From the NCBI GenBank assembly GCA_028534125.1, contig CM052816.1, forward strand, positions 79,858,001 to 79,922,000: a DNA stretch of 64,000 bases, in the 5' to 3' direction. The stretch is from Lama glama (taxonomy: Eukaryota). Positions 48,603 to 60,910 of the stretch are shown in pieces (the stretch's first letter is position 1; each line of letters opens with the position of its first letter). Both the position numbers and the translations under genes were made by a program. The notes under the pieces were generated by a model. It saw only the letters and a list, made by a program, of their open reading frames with translations. It searched no databases and was not told the origin of the DNA.

Positions 48603-51600
48603 CATGCATATATATATACATATAGCAAATATCTTTGTTTTCTTTCCTCTTTTATTCCCTTATCATGTTATATAAGATGTACTGACTTTATGTCAGTATT
48701 TAAGTATCATTAATTTTACATCATAGCTTTCAAGTTATCGGATACCTGGAGATGAGTAACATCCTTGAAGACTTTTACCTCATCTTCTGGGGAAGGGATT
48801 GGTGCATTTTCAGTTGTATGCAGGATAGTTCTATCACATCAGGTGGAATTATGACCTTGTTATTTTCTTTATTTGGAGAGTATGTTTAAGGAGATGTGTA
48901 TAGGTATCAAGTTGACAAGGAGTGGGTTTGTGATGGTTACTTCTGTGTCAGCTCGACTGGGCTAAAGGTTGCCCAAATAGCTGGTAAAACATTATTTCTG
49001 AGTATGTCTGTGAGGGTGTCTCTGGGAGAGATTAGCATCTGAATCAGCAGACTGAGTAAAGAAGATCCACCCTCACCAGTGTGGGTGGGCATCATCCAAT
49101 CCACTGAGGGCCTAAATAGAACAAGTAGCAAAAAGAAAAAAAAAAGGTAGAGGAAGGGAGAATTCTCTCTTTCTCTCTTCTTGAGCTGTGCAGTCTATCT
49201 CTCTCCTGCCCTTGGACATCACACAGTTGTTTTAAATTCCCAGTCTGATAATTCTAACATCCTTGCCATATCTGAGTATGGTTCTGATGCTTGCGATTTC
49301 TCTTCAAACTGTGCTTTTGCCTTTTAGTATTCCTTGTAATTTTTTCCTGATAGCTGGGCATGATGAATTGGATAAAAGGATAAAAGGAATTGCTCTAAAT
49401 AGGCCTTTAGTAATGTGGTGAGGCACTGGGGGAAGGGAAGCATTTTACAGTCCTATCATTAGGTCTCAGTCCTTTAGTGAGCCTATGCCTCTGGGCTATG
49501 AACTTCACAAGTGCTCCTCAGTCCCCGTCTCCCTTTGGTGGGGCAGGATGGAGGCGGCTGGAGTTGGGTGTTTCCATTTCTCCAGGCTGGTTCAGCTCAG
49601 GAAAAAAAACTCCAATAGTTAGGGCCTGGTAAAAAGTTTCTCTTGAGGACAGGCGTTGTTAAGCAGAATGCTCTGGTGTATTTTTAAATGGTTACTTATC
49701 CCCACCTCTACCTGCTGGAAGTAAGGAGGATTTTTCTCCAATATTCACCTTAAGAACCTAGCCAAGCTCCCGGAGGTAAAACTCACAAAAATGTGGGGGC
49801 TCCCCTATGACTGAGTACCCTTGGAATTTTTAACTCTCAGACTTGCCCACACTGAGCTTCCAGAAATTCATCAACTACAGATCAGGTTTTCCTATCCCAG
49901 TACTGGTCCCTGTGAAGATGGGCATGTGTTCTGGTCAATTGTGAATCTCTGTATTCACCTGCCTCTTCAATTTCAGGGCCATCAGTATGCCCTGTGACCT
50001 CACTCCTCTGACAGGTCTAAGAAGAGTTGTCAATTTTTCAGTTTGTTCAGCTTTTTTCTTGTTGTTAGGATGGAGTGATGACTTCCAAGTCCCTGCATAC
50101 TGGGCCAGAACTGAAAGTCTCTGCTCAGGTTTTAATGCTTATTTTTATTTTCAGTCTGGATTCTTGGGGGTGACCCTGTGCCTGCATAGCTTTGTGTTGA
50201 CCCACTGGCTTGGGAAGAAGTTGTGCTCAAATACCTCCGGACTTTACGTCTTTCTTTCATCCTCCGTTGAGTAACCTGTATGTAGACTGGGGAGCGCATT
50301 CAAAGCTCTGCCGCACTTCGAGTCTCCTTCGGTTGTTACTTTCCACTGGACTCTCCAGTGTCCCCTGCATGTGTACGCAGTTTCCCAGTTGGCTAGGGAT
50401 GCTGGGAGAGCTTCTCTAGCCTTTCTGTGGCTCTCTCAATTCCAGGTTCTTCTGGTTAAAATTTATGACCGGCCTGCAACTGACAACAACCAGGGCAGCA
50501 ACTTCAGGCTAAAAGTTTCAGGCTTTCCCCAGTTCATTTCCTACTAAGTTGGCCACTCTTATCTGATAAATCTGCAGGTTTCTGCCCCTTGCTGTGAACT
50601 GAGTCAGCCTCCTCTGCCAGCAAAGCTGTTTGTCTTGGCTAGCCCCAGGCTGATAAAATTGCTTTCCTCCTGGACTGAGCTGGGGCAGTGGATGGATGGG
50701 AGCAGCCCCAGGCAAGATGGCCAAGATGACAGTCTTTACCTAAAGCTCTAACAGTATTTTGAAAATGAGTGCTCTTTGTTGTCAGCCTATCTATTTCCAG
50801 TGCCCTGAGATTTTTTTTTTTAATTCAGTTTGAGTGTGTGTGTCTGTGTGTGTGTGTGTGTGCGCGCGCACGCGCGCACGTGCGTGCGTGCACGCACTGT
50901 GTTTTGAGAGGGTTCACAGACCTATTCACAAAGCCATGGTCAGATGTCTCTGCCTCTGTTTACATATTGATGTACATTTTGATGCACTTTCACTTACTTG
51001 CAGTTCATTTTTCATGTTTACATATACATAACTATAAATAATAGTATTTTCTGTGTCCTAAAAATGCAAGTTATTTTTTTCTTAATGCTCTTTTTAAAAA
51101 TTAACCTTTTCATTTATAAAATCTAGCCCTTTTAAACACTACAGAATTCTATCTAGGTAATACACCAAATTTTCCTCTCATTTATTGATGTTTGTTTCTA
51201 ATTTTTCACGATTACAAACATTGCCACAGTGAACATCCTTATACATGTTTCCCCTCCAATTTTACTAGATATCAAATTGGCCCCAAATTTCATATCAATT
51301 TACACTATCACTCCCACCAGCTATGAATGAGCAGACCTGTTTATTCACAATCTGGCAAATGCTAGGTATTTTCAAATTTTTTAAATTTTCATATAGGATG
51401 GGTGAAGACTTGATCTCATTATAGTTGTAAAATATGTAGTTTTAAGATGTGTGACATCCTGCCAAATTGCTTTTCAGGGCATTTGTAATTCTAATTGCTC
51501 TCATCAATCCTAAGTGTTATCTTTTTAAAAATGTTGACAGTTTGACAGGAGAAAATTGGTCTCTTTGCTGTTTTATATTATTTCTTAATTATTGTAAAGT

Positions 51601-54600
51601 AAGTGTAAATTTTAGCTCTTACATTTAGAACAGTGATTCATTTTGAGTTAATGTTTATGTATGGTATGAGAGTGTTTGGGTTTTGCGTTTTTTTTGGCAC
51701 GTGGATACCAACTGTTCCAATACTATTTGTTGAAAAGACTATCATTTAAATGTTGAATTGCTTGTGTACTTCTGTCAAAAATTGGCCAATAATTAATTAA
51801 GTCTATTTCTGGACTCTCTGTTGTGTTCCAATGATTCTGATCCTGTCTAGCCCTCCAACAATACCTCTCTCTTGGTAACTATTGCTTTACAGTAAATCTT
51901 AAAATCAAGTAGTGTGATTCCTCCAACTGTACTATTTTTAAAAAACGTTTTAGCTTCTTAGTTTGTTTGCTTTTCCACGTAAAGTTTAGAGTCAGCTTGT
52001 CTATATTTACAAAAATTCCTGCTGGAATTTTGACTGTAATTGAGTGAAATCCATAAATCAATTTGGGAAGAAGTGACACTGAGTCTTCCAATTCATGAAC
52101 ACAGTATGTCTTCATTTATTTAGGTCATCTCTGACATCTTTCAGGATTTTGTAGTTTTCAGTACACAGATCCTCTGTATATTTTGTTAGATTTATACCTA
52201 AGTGTTTCATTTGGGAGGAGAGGGCTATTATAAGTCATTTTTAAAAAAATTTTGGTTTCCTCTTGTACCTTGCTAATATAGAAATATGACTGGTTTTTGT
52301 GTGTTGATCTTGTACCCTTTGACTTTGCTAAGCTTAAACTCACTGACTAGTTCTCACAGCGTTACAGATTCCTTGGAATTGTAGATTCCTTGGACAGTCA
52401 TGTTGTCTGCAAATAGAAACCATTTTATTTCTTCTAAGCTGTGTGTCTTTTTCTTGTCTATTGCACTGGCTAAGACTTCCAGCACTGTGTTGAATAAGAG
52501 TAGTGAGTGAACATCCTTCCCTTGTTCTTGATCTTAAGAGGAAACCATTCAGTCTTAAACCATTAAACATAATGTTAGCTGTAGGTTTTTTGTACATGCT
52601 TTTTTATCAGATTGAGGAAGTTCCCCTTCCATCATAAAAGGATGTTGAATTTTGTCACATGCTTTTTCTGCATCAATTGATAAGATTATTCGCTTTTTGT
52701 CTGTGGATTGTTTATACAGTAGAGTACACTGATTCAGGTTTTAATATTGAACCAGCCTGACATTCTCAAGGGAAAAATCTCACTTGATCAGGGTATATTA
52801 TTCTTTTTTATACACTGCTATATATTTTGCTGAGAATTTTTTTACATCTATGCTCATGAAAGGTATTGGTCTATAGAGGCTTTTTTGTTTTGGTTTGGTT
52901 TTTTTCTTCTCATGTTTTTGCCCAATTTTAGTATCAGGGTAACGCTGGCCTCCTAAGATGAGTTGGGAAGTATTCTCATCTCTTCAATTTTCTGGAAAAT
53001 ATTATGTAGAATGGGTGTTATTCCTTCTTTAAATGTGAAGTAGAATTACCCAGTGAAATCATCTGGGCTTGGAGATTTCGTTCTCGGAATGCTAACTATA
53101 TTTTTTTAAAAAATAATTAGGGCTTATTCAAATTATCTGTTCATCTTGGTTGAGTTTTTTATTTTATTTATGGTATTTCATGACAGGCACAAGTTTTAGA
53201 TCTTTTTATAATTAAACCTATCAATCTCTTCTTTTCTGGTATATCCTTGTGAGCTCAAGAGTTCTTCTTTCCTCTAATTTTTAATTTTAGTATATTTTAT
53301 TCCAGTACTATATTTTCTTCTAGCTAATTTATATTTTTTAGCTTTGATATAAAAATATTAATCCACCTGGCATTTAGTGGATGATATGAGGTGAAGATTC
53401 AGATTTTCTTTAATGTTAAAAATGAGTATTTAAGAAAAGAAGGTGGCCTTGGAATCTCCCAACTCTATAATCATAAACTTTTTCTCACTAAAAACAAATT
53501 TTACATAGCCACAGACTAAATTTCTTAACAACTATGAAGACTATTTTTAAAAACTCAAATATATAGATTGAATACAAGTACTGTGAGCATACACAAGGAA
53601 ATTTTTTAAAGGAGCAAGATAATTAGCTAGAGAATACAGAAAATGAGTCTGCAATGAACATTCATGCTAAAGAAAACAATATTCAAAGTATCCAAATAAC
53701 TTCTGAAAACTGAAAAAATGTTTAATCACATGGGGAAATACAAGAGTGGAAAAGAGTAGGATAAAAACTTGCCCTGTAATATCTCCCCTCTCTTTCTCTC
53801 TCTCATGTATGACTGGAAAATAATGTCCACCAAAATGGATTGCTTTTATAAGCAGAGAAAATCAACATTTTAAAAAGCTTTAAATTACATTCTTCATAAA
53901 TTCCTCCTAATAAGCCACTAAATCCATTAGTGTCCATTAATCGGATCAAGCCAGCTGAGCATCAGTCACCAGCTCCTCTGTGTCTCCCCTAAAGCAGCCG
54001 CTATGGAAAGGATGACCCTGCCTGAGAAAGGACTGCTGCTGAAGGATGAGTTCATCACCTGGCTTTCCTCTAGAACCCCCAGTACCTCACTTATGAATAC
54101 AGGTCAAGACAATTCTAGCTGCTACAAACATTCTCTCTCATAAGCCAGAGGAAGAGTCAAGGAGGTTGAGGGGGGAGGAGCCCATGTTTCCTCTTTTATC
54201 TCTGGATTTCCTCATCAACTGATACAACACAGGTCACATTCACAGCGGGTACCATCTCTACTCTTTATGCAGGTGAGTTTTTCTGAGACTCTAAGGGAAT
54301 AAAGGAAACAGAAATCAAATGATCTTATTGGTTTTGATTTCCAACTAATCTGGGGAGATATTATTGTGCCTAAATTCACATGTAAATGATTTTGTACAAA
54401 ATGGTATCCAGTCTTCTCTCTCCCTCACAGGCATGAATAGCTAGTTATAATCTCTCCATACTGACAGGTAGACCATTCACCAATGTGCTTCCCTCCTCTG
54501 ACCGGGAAGCGATGATTTCTGCAAGGCCATCTCTTTTACCTACCCCTGTGCTGAGCCTCTCCAGACATGGCATACGCCTTGGCCAGTAACGCGCTTGCCT

Positions 54601-55273
54601 CTGCAGCTTGGGGGCTGACTTCAGTGAACAAAGAAACACAGATAGAATGAGCCTGGAATGGAGAAAATCATGACAAAGTAAGTACCCAAATGACAGTGTT
54701 TCACTGTGGACTGTATACCAGCTCTCGTAGAATTGCTAGCCGATTGAGAGCTGATATATATGTAATCATGGAGTTCCAAGAGAGATGAGTCTGCGTCCCC
54801 GCTCAGCTACTTCCTAGCCATGAGTCTTCAAGTAGTTTTACCTTCATATGTAGATGGAACAGTTTCCACCAATCAAGGTGTCGGGAAGATTAAATTAGAT
54901 GGCATGTAAAGCACTGAGCATAGTACCCATCACTAGGTAAGTGCTCAACAAATGTTATCTATTACAATTTTTTATTAGGTTTCATAGCAAAAATAAAATT
55001 GTAACCTTAACTCAGCCTCTCAAAATTTCAGTATCAAAAAAAGTCTAGTAAAGCATGTATTCCAGAGTCACATTGCCTGGGTTCCCATCCTCGCTCAGCC
55101 ATTTACTATGACATGAGGCAAATCACTAATTTCTTTGAATATAAAACAGGGGTGACGAAAATAGTATTTGTCACAAACAGCTATTGAAAAGACTGAATAC
55201 ACGTAAAGTGTTTAGAATATCACCTGGAGTGTAGTAAGTCCTAGAAAAGTGTAGATTTTATTATTATTATTAC

Positions 55274-55312
<39 letters not shown>

Positions 55313-57163
55313 CTGAACTAGAGGAGGAACACTTTGGAAAGAGAAAGAAGAGAGTAAGTCCTGGACACAAAAACCAGGCTGGCTCTCTCTGCAAGCAGCA
55401 GACTCCCTGTCTTCAGAGCAGCATTCTTCAACATTCCTGCATTGTGTGAAGTTAACAGCCTAGGACTTCCGATTTACTGCAGTGCCTTTTCTTCAGTATC
55501 AGGCTGTTCTTACATACACTGCTGGATGGCACGGCACCTATGCTGTGACATAGGAAATCCAATATTGTCGTGGTTTTGACTTTGGAAGATTCCTGAAGGC
55601 CAGGCATGGTTCTCATTTGAGGAGGGAAAAGGTGAATTTAACTAGCAGTTTGAGAGAAGTTTCAAGTACCTGATACATAAAAGTGCCTACACTGTTTTCA
55701 TTATGAGAGACTTAACATTCCTTTGTTTGTTTTGTTCTCCTCAGACATGTGTCAAGCGAAACACCCTCTTGTTAGTTTAACCTTAGACTTGGAAATACAA
55801 CCAGCTAGACTAGTTCAAAGGACGAGTGACAGCATTACACCAAAATACCATAAATTTTCATTTAAAAAGCCCTTTGCGTTTGCTAAAACTTAAGTTCAGT
55901 TGCCCCTATGGCTTTTCTCGCTCAGAGTGGACTCACTCAGCTAGCCACCTCTTCCCAGCACAGTCAGGGTGAGGGAGGCCGGGGGTGTGGGTGGGGGGTG
56001 TTGCCTTAGGTCATGCAGCACAGCAGACATGCGCCCCTAAGAAGCATCCTCTGTCTGGGTCGTTTGAGGTTGAGGAAGGTCTCTTGTGTGGGTCTGGAGG
56101 AAAACCAATCCCACCTTCTGTTCTGAGGGAACTGGTCCTGGGGCCAAACAAGGCCACCTGGCCGGGGCTCCAGCCAGCCCACTTACCTGCTGCAGGTACT
56201 GGATGGCCTGCTCATGGTTCCTCCTCAGCTGCTCAATCTGAGCCATTTCCTCATATAGAATGACCAAATCTGACGTCCTATCACCCTTGGCAGCAATAAC
56301 ATTGCCAATGGCCTTTTCAAAGTACGCCAGGGCTAAGTTTAGCCTGCGGTTGACCAAGGAGGCTCTGGAAAAAAAGGGATGAGGACCGAAAGTCACAGAG
56401 AAGTCACTTGCTTTGCAGACACAAAAGGAACTGATTCTAAGAACTAAACAATTTGGACTTCATAGGTCAATCATCTGAGTGGCTGGCTCAAAATCCAGCC
56501 TTGCTGAAAACGAAATCCTATTAACTTGTATTTTACCAACCAGATTCCACTGACAACCATTCATCAAGCCCATTAGTATATCATGCTATAGTCTAAATTT
56601 TATAAGAAAGCAAATGGAAAAAAAAAGGCTTCTAGTAATTCATAAGATGGGATAATTTACCCATAAAACAGATTTTTCTAAAATTAAAATAAAATTTTAT
56701 TACCTCTGTCTCCTCTTTTAGGCCAAAGCAAAGGTTTTCCTTTATTTTGTTTGATTAAGTTTAGTTTTTCCCTCCTCAGTTAAAAATAAGAGAGGATAGA
56801 CAAGACAATGTGAATATCTCCCCCAAAGGGGTGGTTAAATAAATTACGGCATGTCACATGATGAAATACTTCAGACATTAAACATCATGTTTTCTTTTTA
56901 GACTAACTCATATGGGGAGAAACTTAAAATGTGCTAAGTTTTATCTAGATTTGTATTTTCTGCGTGTGGTGGCAGGGAGGTGATTAGGTTTATTGAATTA
57001 TGTTTTTAATGGATGTACTGGTCTTGAACCCAGGACCTCACGCATGCTGAGCACGCACTCTACCACTGAGCTATCCTTTCCCAAACAAAATGTGCTCAGC
57101 TTTAAAAATGTTATAAAGCTGTATTTAAAATATGATCCTGGCACGTATATATTATGTGTGTAT

Positions 57164-57205
<42 letters not shown>

Positions 57206-60200
57206 ATATGTAGAAAGAGACAGAAGGATAACTAAACTGTTCACAGCAGTTACGTTTGGGTGGCAATATCACAACTGACTTTTATTTTCTTCTTCATATA
57301 TGTTTGTATTTTCATATTTCCAAAACAAAATGGGGAATATAAATTTTTAATGATAATAAAATAGGATTCATTAAGGTTTATCTTTCTAGAGATAGCAAGA
57401 CACAAGGAGAAGAACATGGCTAGTGCAAAGCTGGCGCTCAGTTATTAGCTTTATGGGCAAACTCCAGGAACCTATATTTCCTTCCAAATAAAACAAGGTT
57501 AAGAATACCTAAACTACAAGGTTGTTGTGAAGATTAGATTAAAATTATACATAAAATCGCCTATCATTTAGTAGAGACACAATCAATATTTCTCCCCCCT
57601 CACACCTAGTCCCCACCTTTGTATTTCCAAGTTGAATTAAAAATATAAGTGTGTGTATAAAATTACTTTATATAAGGCATTATGCAGTAGTTACAATTTA
57701 TTTTAAGCTGTTAAGATTTATTCCTCCTCTGAAGATTAGGATTTTCAATCAAAATAATATATAAAGCATGTTATCTGATAATCCTTTACAAAAAAAATTG
57801 GGGGGGTCAGTTAGACCACTATTTCCCTTGAATATACGAGCAGAAGTTACAGAATGATGCCTTTCATCTAGAGCTTATAGACAGATATTAGCCAAGTTGT
57901 CTGGCCTGAAGAATCTTGCCTCATTTTCTCCACCTTTAAAATGGGAAAAAAGATTTGCCCTTACTAGGTATCTGGTTGGTATCAGACATAACTCAGTGTG
58001 GCATAGAAGTTATGCATTCAGATGACCCAGTGCTGGCTCTCTTATTAGTTGTGTCTCCTTGAGTTATTTAATTTTCCTGTGCCTTAATTTCCTTATCTGT
58101 AAGTTAAAAATAAAAATACCTACTTGTGGTAGAAAACTGAGTGAAATAAATTATGGAAAGCACTTAGAACAGCGTCTAGGATGTAGTTATACTTGGGTGA
58201 CCATTCCAACACTTAGAACAGTGCACGCACAAAGCAGGTACTCAACAGTGTGGATGGATGAATGAAACGTGCACTAGAATTTATTCTGAAAGTGGAACAA
58301 GGCCACCTTTCGCACAAACATGAAAACCTTAGTCACTGCCCCACGTGACAGCAGTAGACACTCACTAGACTCTAATTTACCTCCCCGTGGACTGAAGTCA
58401 ATAGTCTGACTTAACTCTGGACTTTGGGACATCTCCCCATCATTTCCCATGTGACTTCTAGATTCATGGTTGTCTAGAGGAGACAGGCATGGCTCACATA
58501 TTTCATTTACTTCCCATTCAGTTGTTTACACTACCAAGCCAAGTGCTTACAGTTCCGGAAATAGCCTGCTTTCAAGGATGTGAAGATGTCTGAAAAATCT
58601 AGGGAACTATAAGACCTTTTATTACTCTTTTTTTCTTCTGATAATCTGATGGGCCCACTCTCATAACTAAACGTTCTGATTCTCAGAGGATCCCTAACCC
58701 ATCTGTAAAACAGCCAAGTCTTGTCCTGGCTTGAACCAACTACATGAACTTTGTTTCCATACGGAACAGAACTTTAAAAATGCTTGTGCTATGCGTAACT
58801 CCTGGACCGCCAATAAACTAACTGTCTTGATTAAGCGTTCCTTCTTCATCTTTTAAGTTGTCATACATATGTAATGACAAAAGTAGGTGGCAATTCGGGG
58901 AAAAAAAGGTAATTTTAGAAAAAGTATGAGTACCACAGGAGGGGCTAAGGGTCCCTAAGTTCAGATCAAGTTCAGATCCAACGCTTAAAGCTCGTCTCCT
59001 TGGACGGTCTGTTTAACCTCAGCCCAGTCCTTGCCCTCTCTCTGCTGAGATAATAATTGCGCCAATGCCCTGAGTGGTGGCTGTGACGACTAACTGGGGC
59101 AGAGCACACGAAGCTTAGACCACAGTGGATGCATATGGTAAATAGAGGCCTCTCTATCATTTGAGTCTCTGGTCCCTTTGCTCTGAATGTTTTTCTCCCC
59201 CTCTACAGAGACTACAGAACAACCATGTGCTTCCAGGCCTTATTCATAAAAGTCCAAGCTTCTCTAGGCACAGAGCTTACCTGCCCAAGGCAATCATTAG
59301 GTCTTTCTCTGAGACCTGTAATCCACAAACGCCTCCCTTGTATGATTCTTTCAGCTCCTTCATGTTTCTGTCTGACTTCTGCAGATTGAAATAAGCCTCC
59401 TTGCCAGTGAAACAGTCAAGGAAAATGCTGGGTACACACCCCACTCTATGAAGCAAGGACAGCAGCTAGTAAGCAAACAGAAGGGCCCCTTGGGAAAAGG
59501 AAGCAGTATTTGAAAACGGGCACTTCCCTGTGTTCTCTGTTTTCCATCTGTATATGTCATGTAGAAGGGATGCTTTAGAAAAGGAACAGGGCCCTGGGTG
59601 TCCTGTGGTGGTGTCTGAATCCAGGGCTGGGGTGGGTGGGGAGCATTCGGAGTGAACGGAAACCATAAATTAACACTAGATTTCCTTGGAGGCCTCTACT
59701 GCGTGACAACAGTTACTCATTTTTTCCCAAGTTGGTTTCTATGAATGGTAAAAGAGAGGAACTAATTCTGCTGAAAGGGACTTTCTGGGCCATTTAGAAA
59801 GTCCAAGCAAAGCAGGTTTTTGGCAAGAGGCAAATAGCAGCAAAGAAAATCCCCTTAATTCCCAAATATCCTTCTATTTCCCACATTTTTAATAGCCCTC
59901 TGCTAAGGGCAAAAGAGAGGAAGGAAACATATCAGATTTTGCAAGCTGAGCATCAAGAGGGGGAAAGCTTAGAGAGGAGAGACTGGGGACACATGGGCTC
60001 AAAGAGGGCTCAGGATTATTCATGAATAGTTTTCAAGTGCAGATGGTACCAAAAGGCTGTCAAAATCACAGCTTTTTGAGGAGAGGCATATATAACAGTT
60101 CCCCCTCTGGAAATACGGAGAATTCTTTCTTTTGTCTGTTTTGCTTGGCCTCCAGTTTCATGGGCAGTGTTTTCAACAGCATTTCAGAAAAACTAAAATG

Positions 60201-60910
60201 ATCAAGAGTATATTAAATCAGAGGTTTTGGCTGTGTGCTACAATCACCTGGGGCTTTTAAAAATCTCAAGGAACAGATGCACCCCAGATCTACTAAATCA
60301 AACTCTCTGGGGTGGGACCCAAAGAGCAGTAATTCTTCAAACTCCCCAGGGGAATAGAACGTGCCTTGTTGGACAAACAGGGCTTTACATTTCCACCCAT
60401 TCTCTGTCTTCCTACACTCCCCCGACTATCACCCATGTCCTCCTTGCTAATACTGATCAGCTTGAGTGTCCAATGAAGAGCAAGACAGACTCCAAAAATG
60501 AATTTCAACTGGCCAGAGGATGGATGTGTCCCCAGTGAGATCCCTCCCACTGCTCAAATCAGAGCTTACAGGAATAGACACAGGAGGAACACTCATACTT
60601 TTCTAGAAGGAGACTGGAGGCTCATGAAGGGCCTGGATGTTGGGACGGAACTATAGGGCCTTGGGTGCCTCTCCCGCCCCGTGTGGGACGACCCATCCGG
60701 CTTGGGCAGCCCCTGGCCTTGCTCACCAGACCCAGCTGGGAAGGGAAGGATATTGGTTCTGTAGGAGCCAGGCCACCCCCAGCGTGTAGTAGAGCATGAC
60801 CAGAGCTTCCACGATTTCCTTTTTCTCCTTGTCTGAGGTCGTGTTTTCCTTCCAGGTCAGCAGTGTATTCTTGGCGGAATCAGCATGTTTCTTGGCCTGA
60901 GCTGGGAGGC
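39586..60910 (-). CDS. TTC23L: Tetratricopeptide repeat protein 23-like, 3' portion; join complement(60754-60910,59281-59406,56187-56364,54544-54652,47578-47705,44931-45080,39586-39668,...)
   Basis: Seven exons splice in one frame (one AT-AC intron): [10 protein letters not shown]...[15 protein letters not shown]...[11 protein letters not shown]...[18 protein letters not shown]...CLMIQ. Synteny with RAD1/BRIX1/DNAJC21 supports the call; upstream exons lie beyond the right edge. Confidence 0.92.
40130..42840 (+). mobile_element. Old fragmented L1 (5' region, ORF2 pieces, 3'UTR) with nested insertions
   Basis: ORF2-like 41620-41870 (gcttcctcaacctgataaagggtatctatgaaaagtctacagctaacatc), L1M-type 3'UTR ending aataaaaa at about 42840. 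Confidence 0.8.
40494..40648. mobile_element. MER2/Tigger-family MITE nested in L1
   Basis: TA|cagttggccttcagt ... actgaggacaactg|TA inverted ends with TA duplication. Confidence 0.75.
44781..44868. repeat. Compound (CCAT)n-(CA)n microsatellite
   Basis: Direct reading; about 60 nt downstream of a TTC23L donor. Confidence 0.95.
44931..45080 (-). CDS. TTC23L: TTC23L exon (150 nt)
   Basis: [50 protein letters not shown] (TPR-like); AG/GT flanks. Confidence 0.85.
46612..46935 (-). mobile_element. L1 ORF2 fragment
   Basis: Translation [11 protein letters not shown]...[25 protein letters not shown] is an L1 reverse transcriptase segment. Confidence 0.85.
46983..47129 (-). mobile_element. tRNA-derived SINE (Vic-1-like)
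   Basis: Same head and body as the other copies; TSD tcaggtcagaagtttttg (46965-46982) / tcaggtcacaagtttttg (47130-47147). Confidence 0.88.
47578..47705 (-). CDS. TTC23L: TTC23L exon (128 nt)
   Basis: (G)[42 protein letters not shown]. Confidence 0.92.
47790..49222 (+). mobile_element. ERVL provirus 3' part (integrase/dUTPase remnant, polypurine tract, MLT2-type LTR from about 48929, truncated)
   Basis: ORF 47974-48216 [39 protein letters not shown] is ERVL dUTPase-like; PPT-like gacaaggagtggg followed by LTR start tgtgatggtta. Confidence 0.85.
49223..53160 (-). mobile_element. Old L1 fragments (5' region and ORF2), minus strand
   Basis: ORFs 51879-52115 and 52340-52597 give degenerate L1 ORF2 peptides ([32 protein letters not shown]); boundaries approximate. 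Confidence 0.75.
50834..50897. repeat. (TG)n-(CG)n-(CA) alternating purine-pyrimidine tract
   Basis: Unbroken Y/R alternation from 50845 to 50897. Confidence 0.9.
54544..54652 (-). CDS. TTC23L: TTC23L exon (109 nt)
   Basis: [36 protein letters not shown]. Confidence 0.92.
55257..55312. repeat. (TTA)n trinucleotide microsatellite
   Basis: Direct reading; explains the poly-Asn ORF. Confidence 0.95.
56187..56364 (-). CDS. TTC23L: TTC23L exon (178 nt)
   Basis: (R)[59 protein letters not shown]. Confidence 0.93.
56942..57086 (-). mobile_element. tRNA-derived SINE (Vic-1-like, more diverged)
   Basis: tagctcagtggtagagtgcgtgc head on the minus strand; degenerate TSD aaaatgtgctaag/aaaatgtgctcag. 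Confidence 0.8.
57155..57210. repeat. (TG)n microsatellite
   Basis: Direct reading. Confidence 0.9.
59281..59406 (-). CDS. TTC23L: TTC23L exon (126 nt), AC acceptor
   Basis: (H)[41 protein letters not shown](R); gtaagc donor. Confidence 0.92.
59407..60753 (-). other. U12-type AT-AC intron of TTC23L (1347 nt)
   Basis: 5' ATATCCTT (60753-60746), branch site TCCTTGAC (59422-59415), terminal AC (59408-59407); the join restores the reading frame. Confidence 0.93.
60754..60910 (-). CDS. TTC23L: TTC23L exon (157 nt)
   Basis: (G)[51 protein letters not shown]. Confidence 0.93.

Noticed and set aside
55212..55394. Poly-Asn protein; similarly the HT/CV-repeat ORFs at 44511, 50769, 56993 and 61444
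   Set aside because: Translations of (TTA)n, (CA)n and (TG)n microsatellites.
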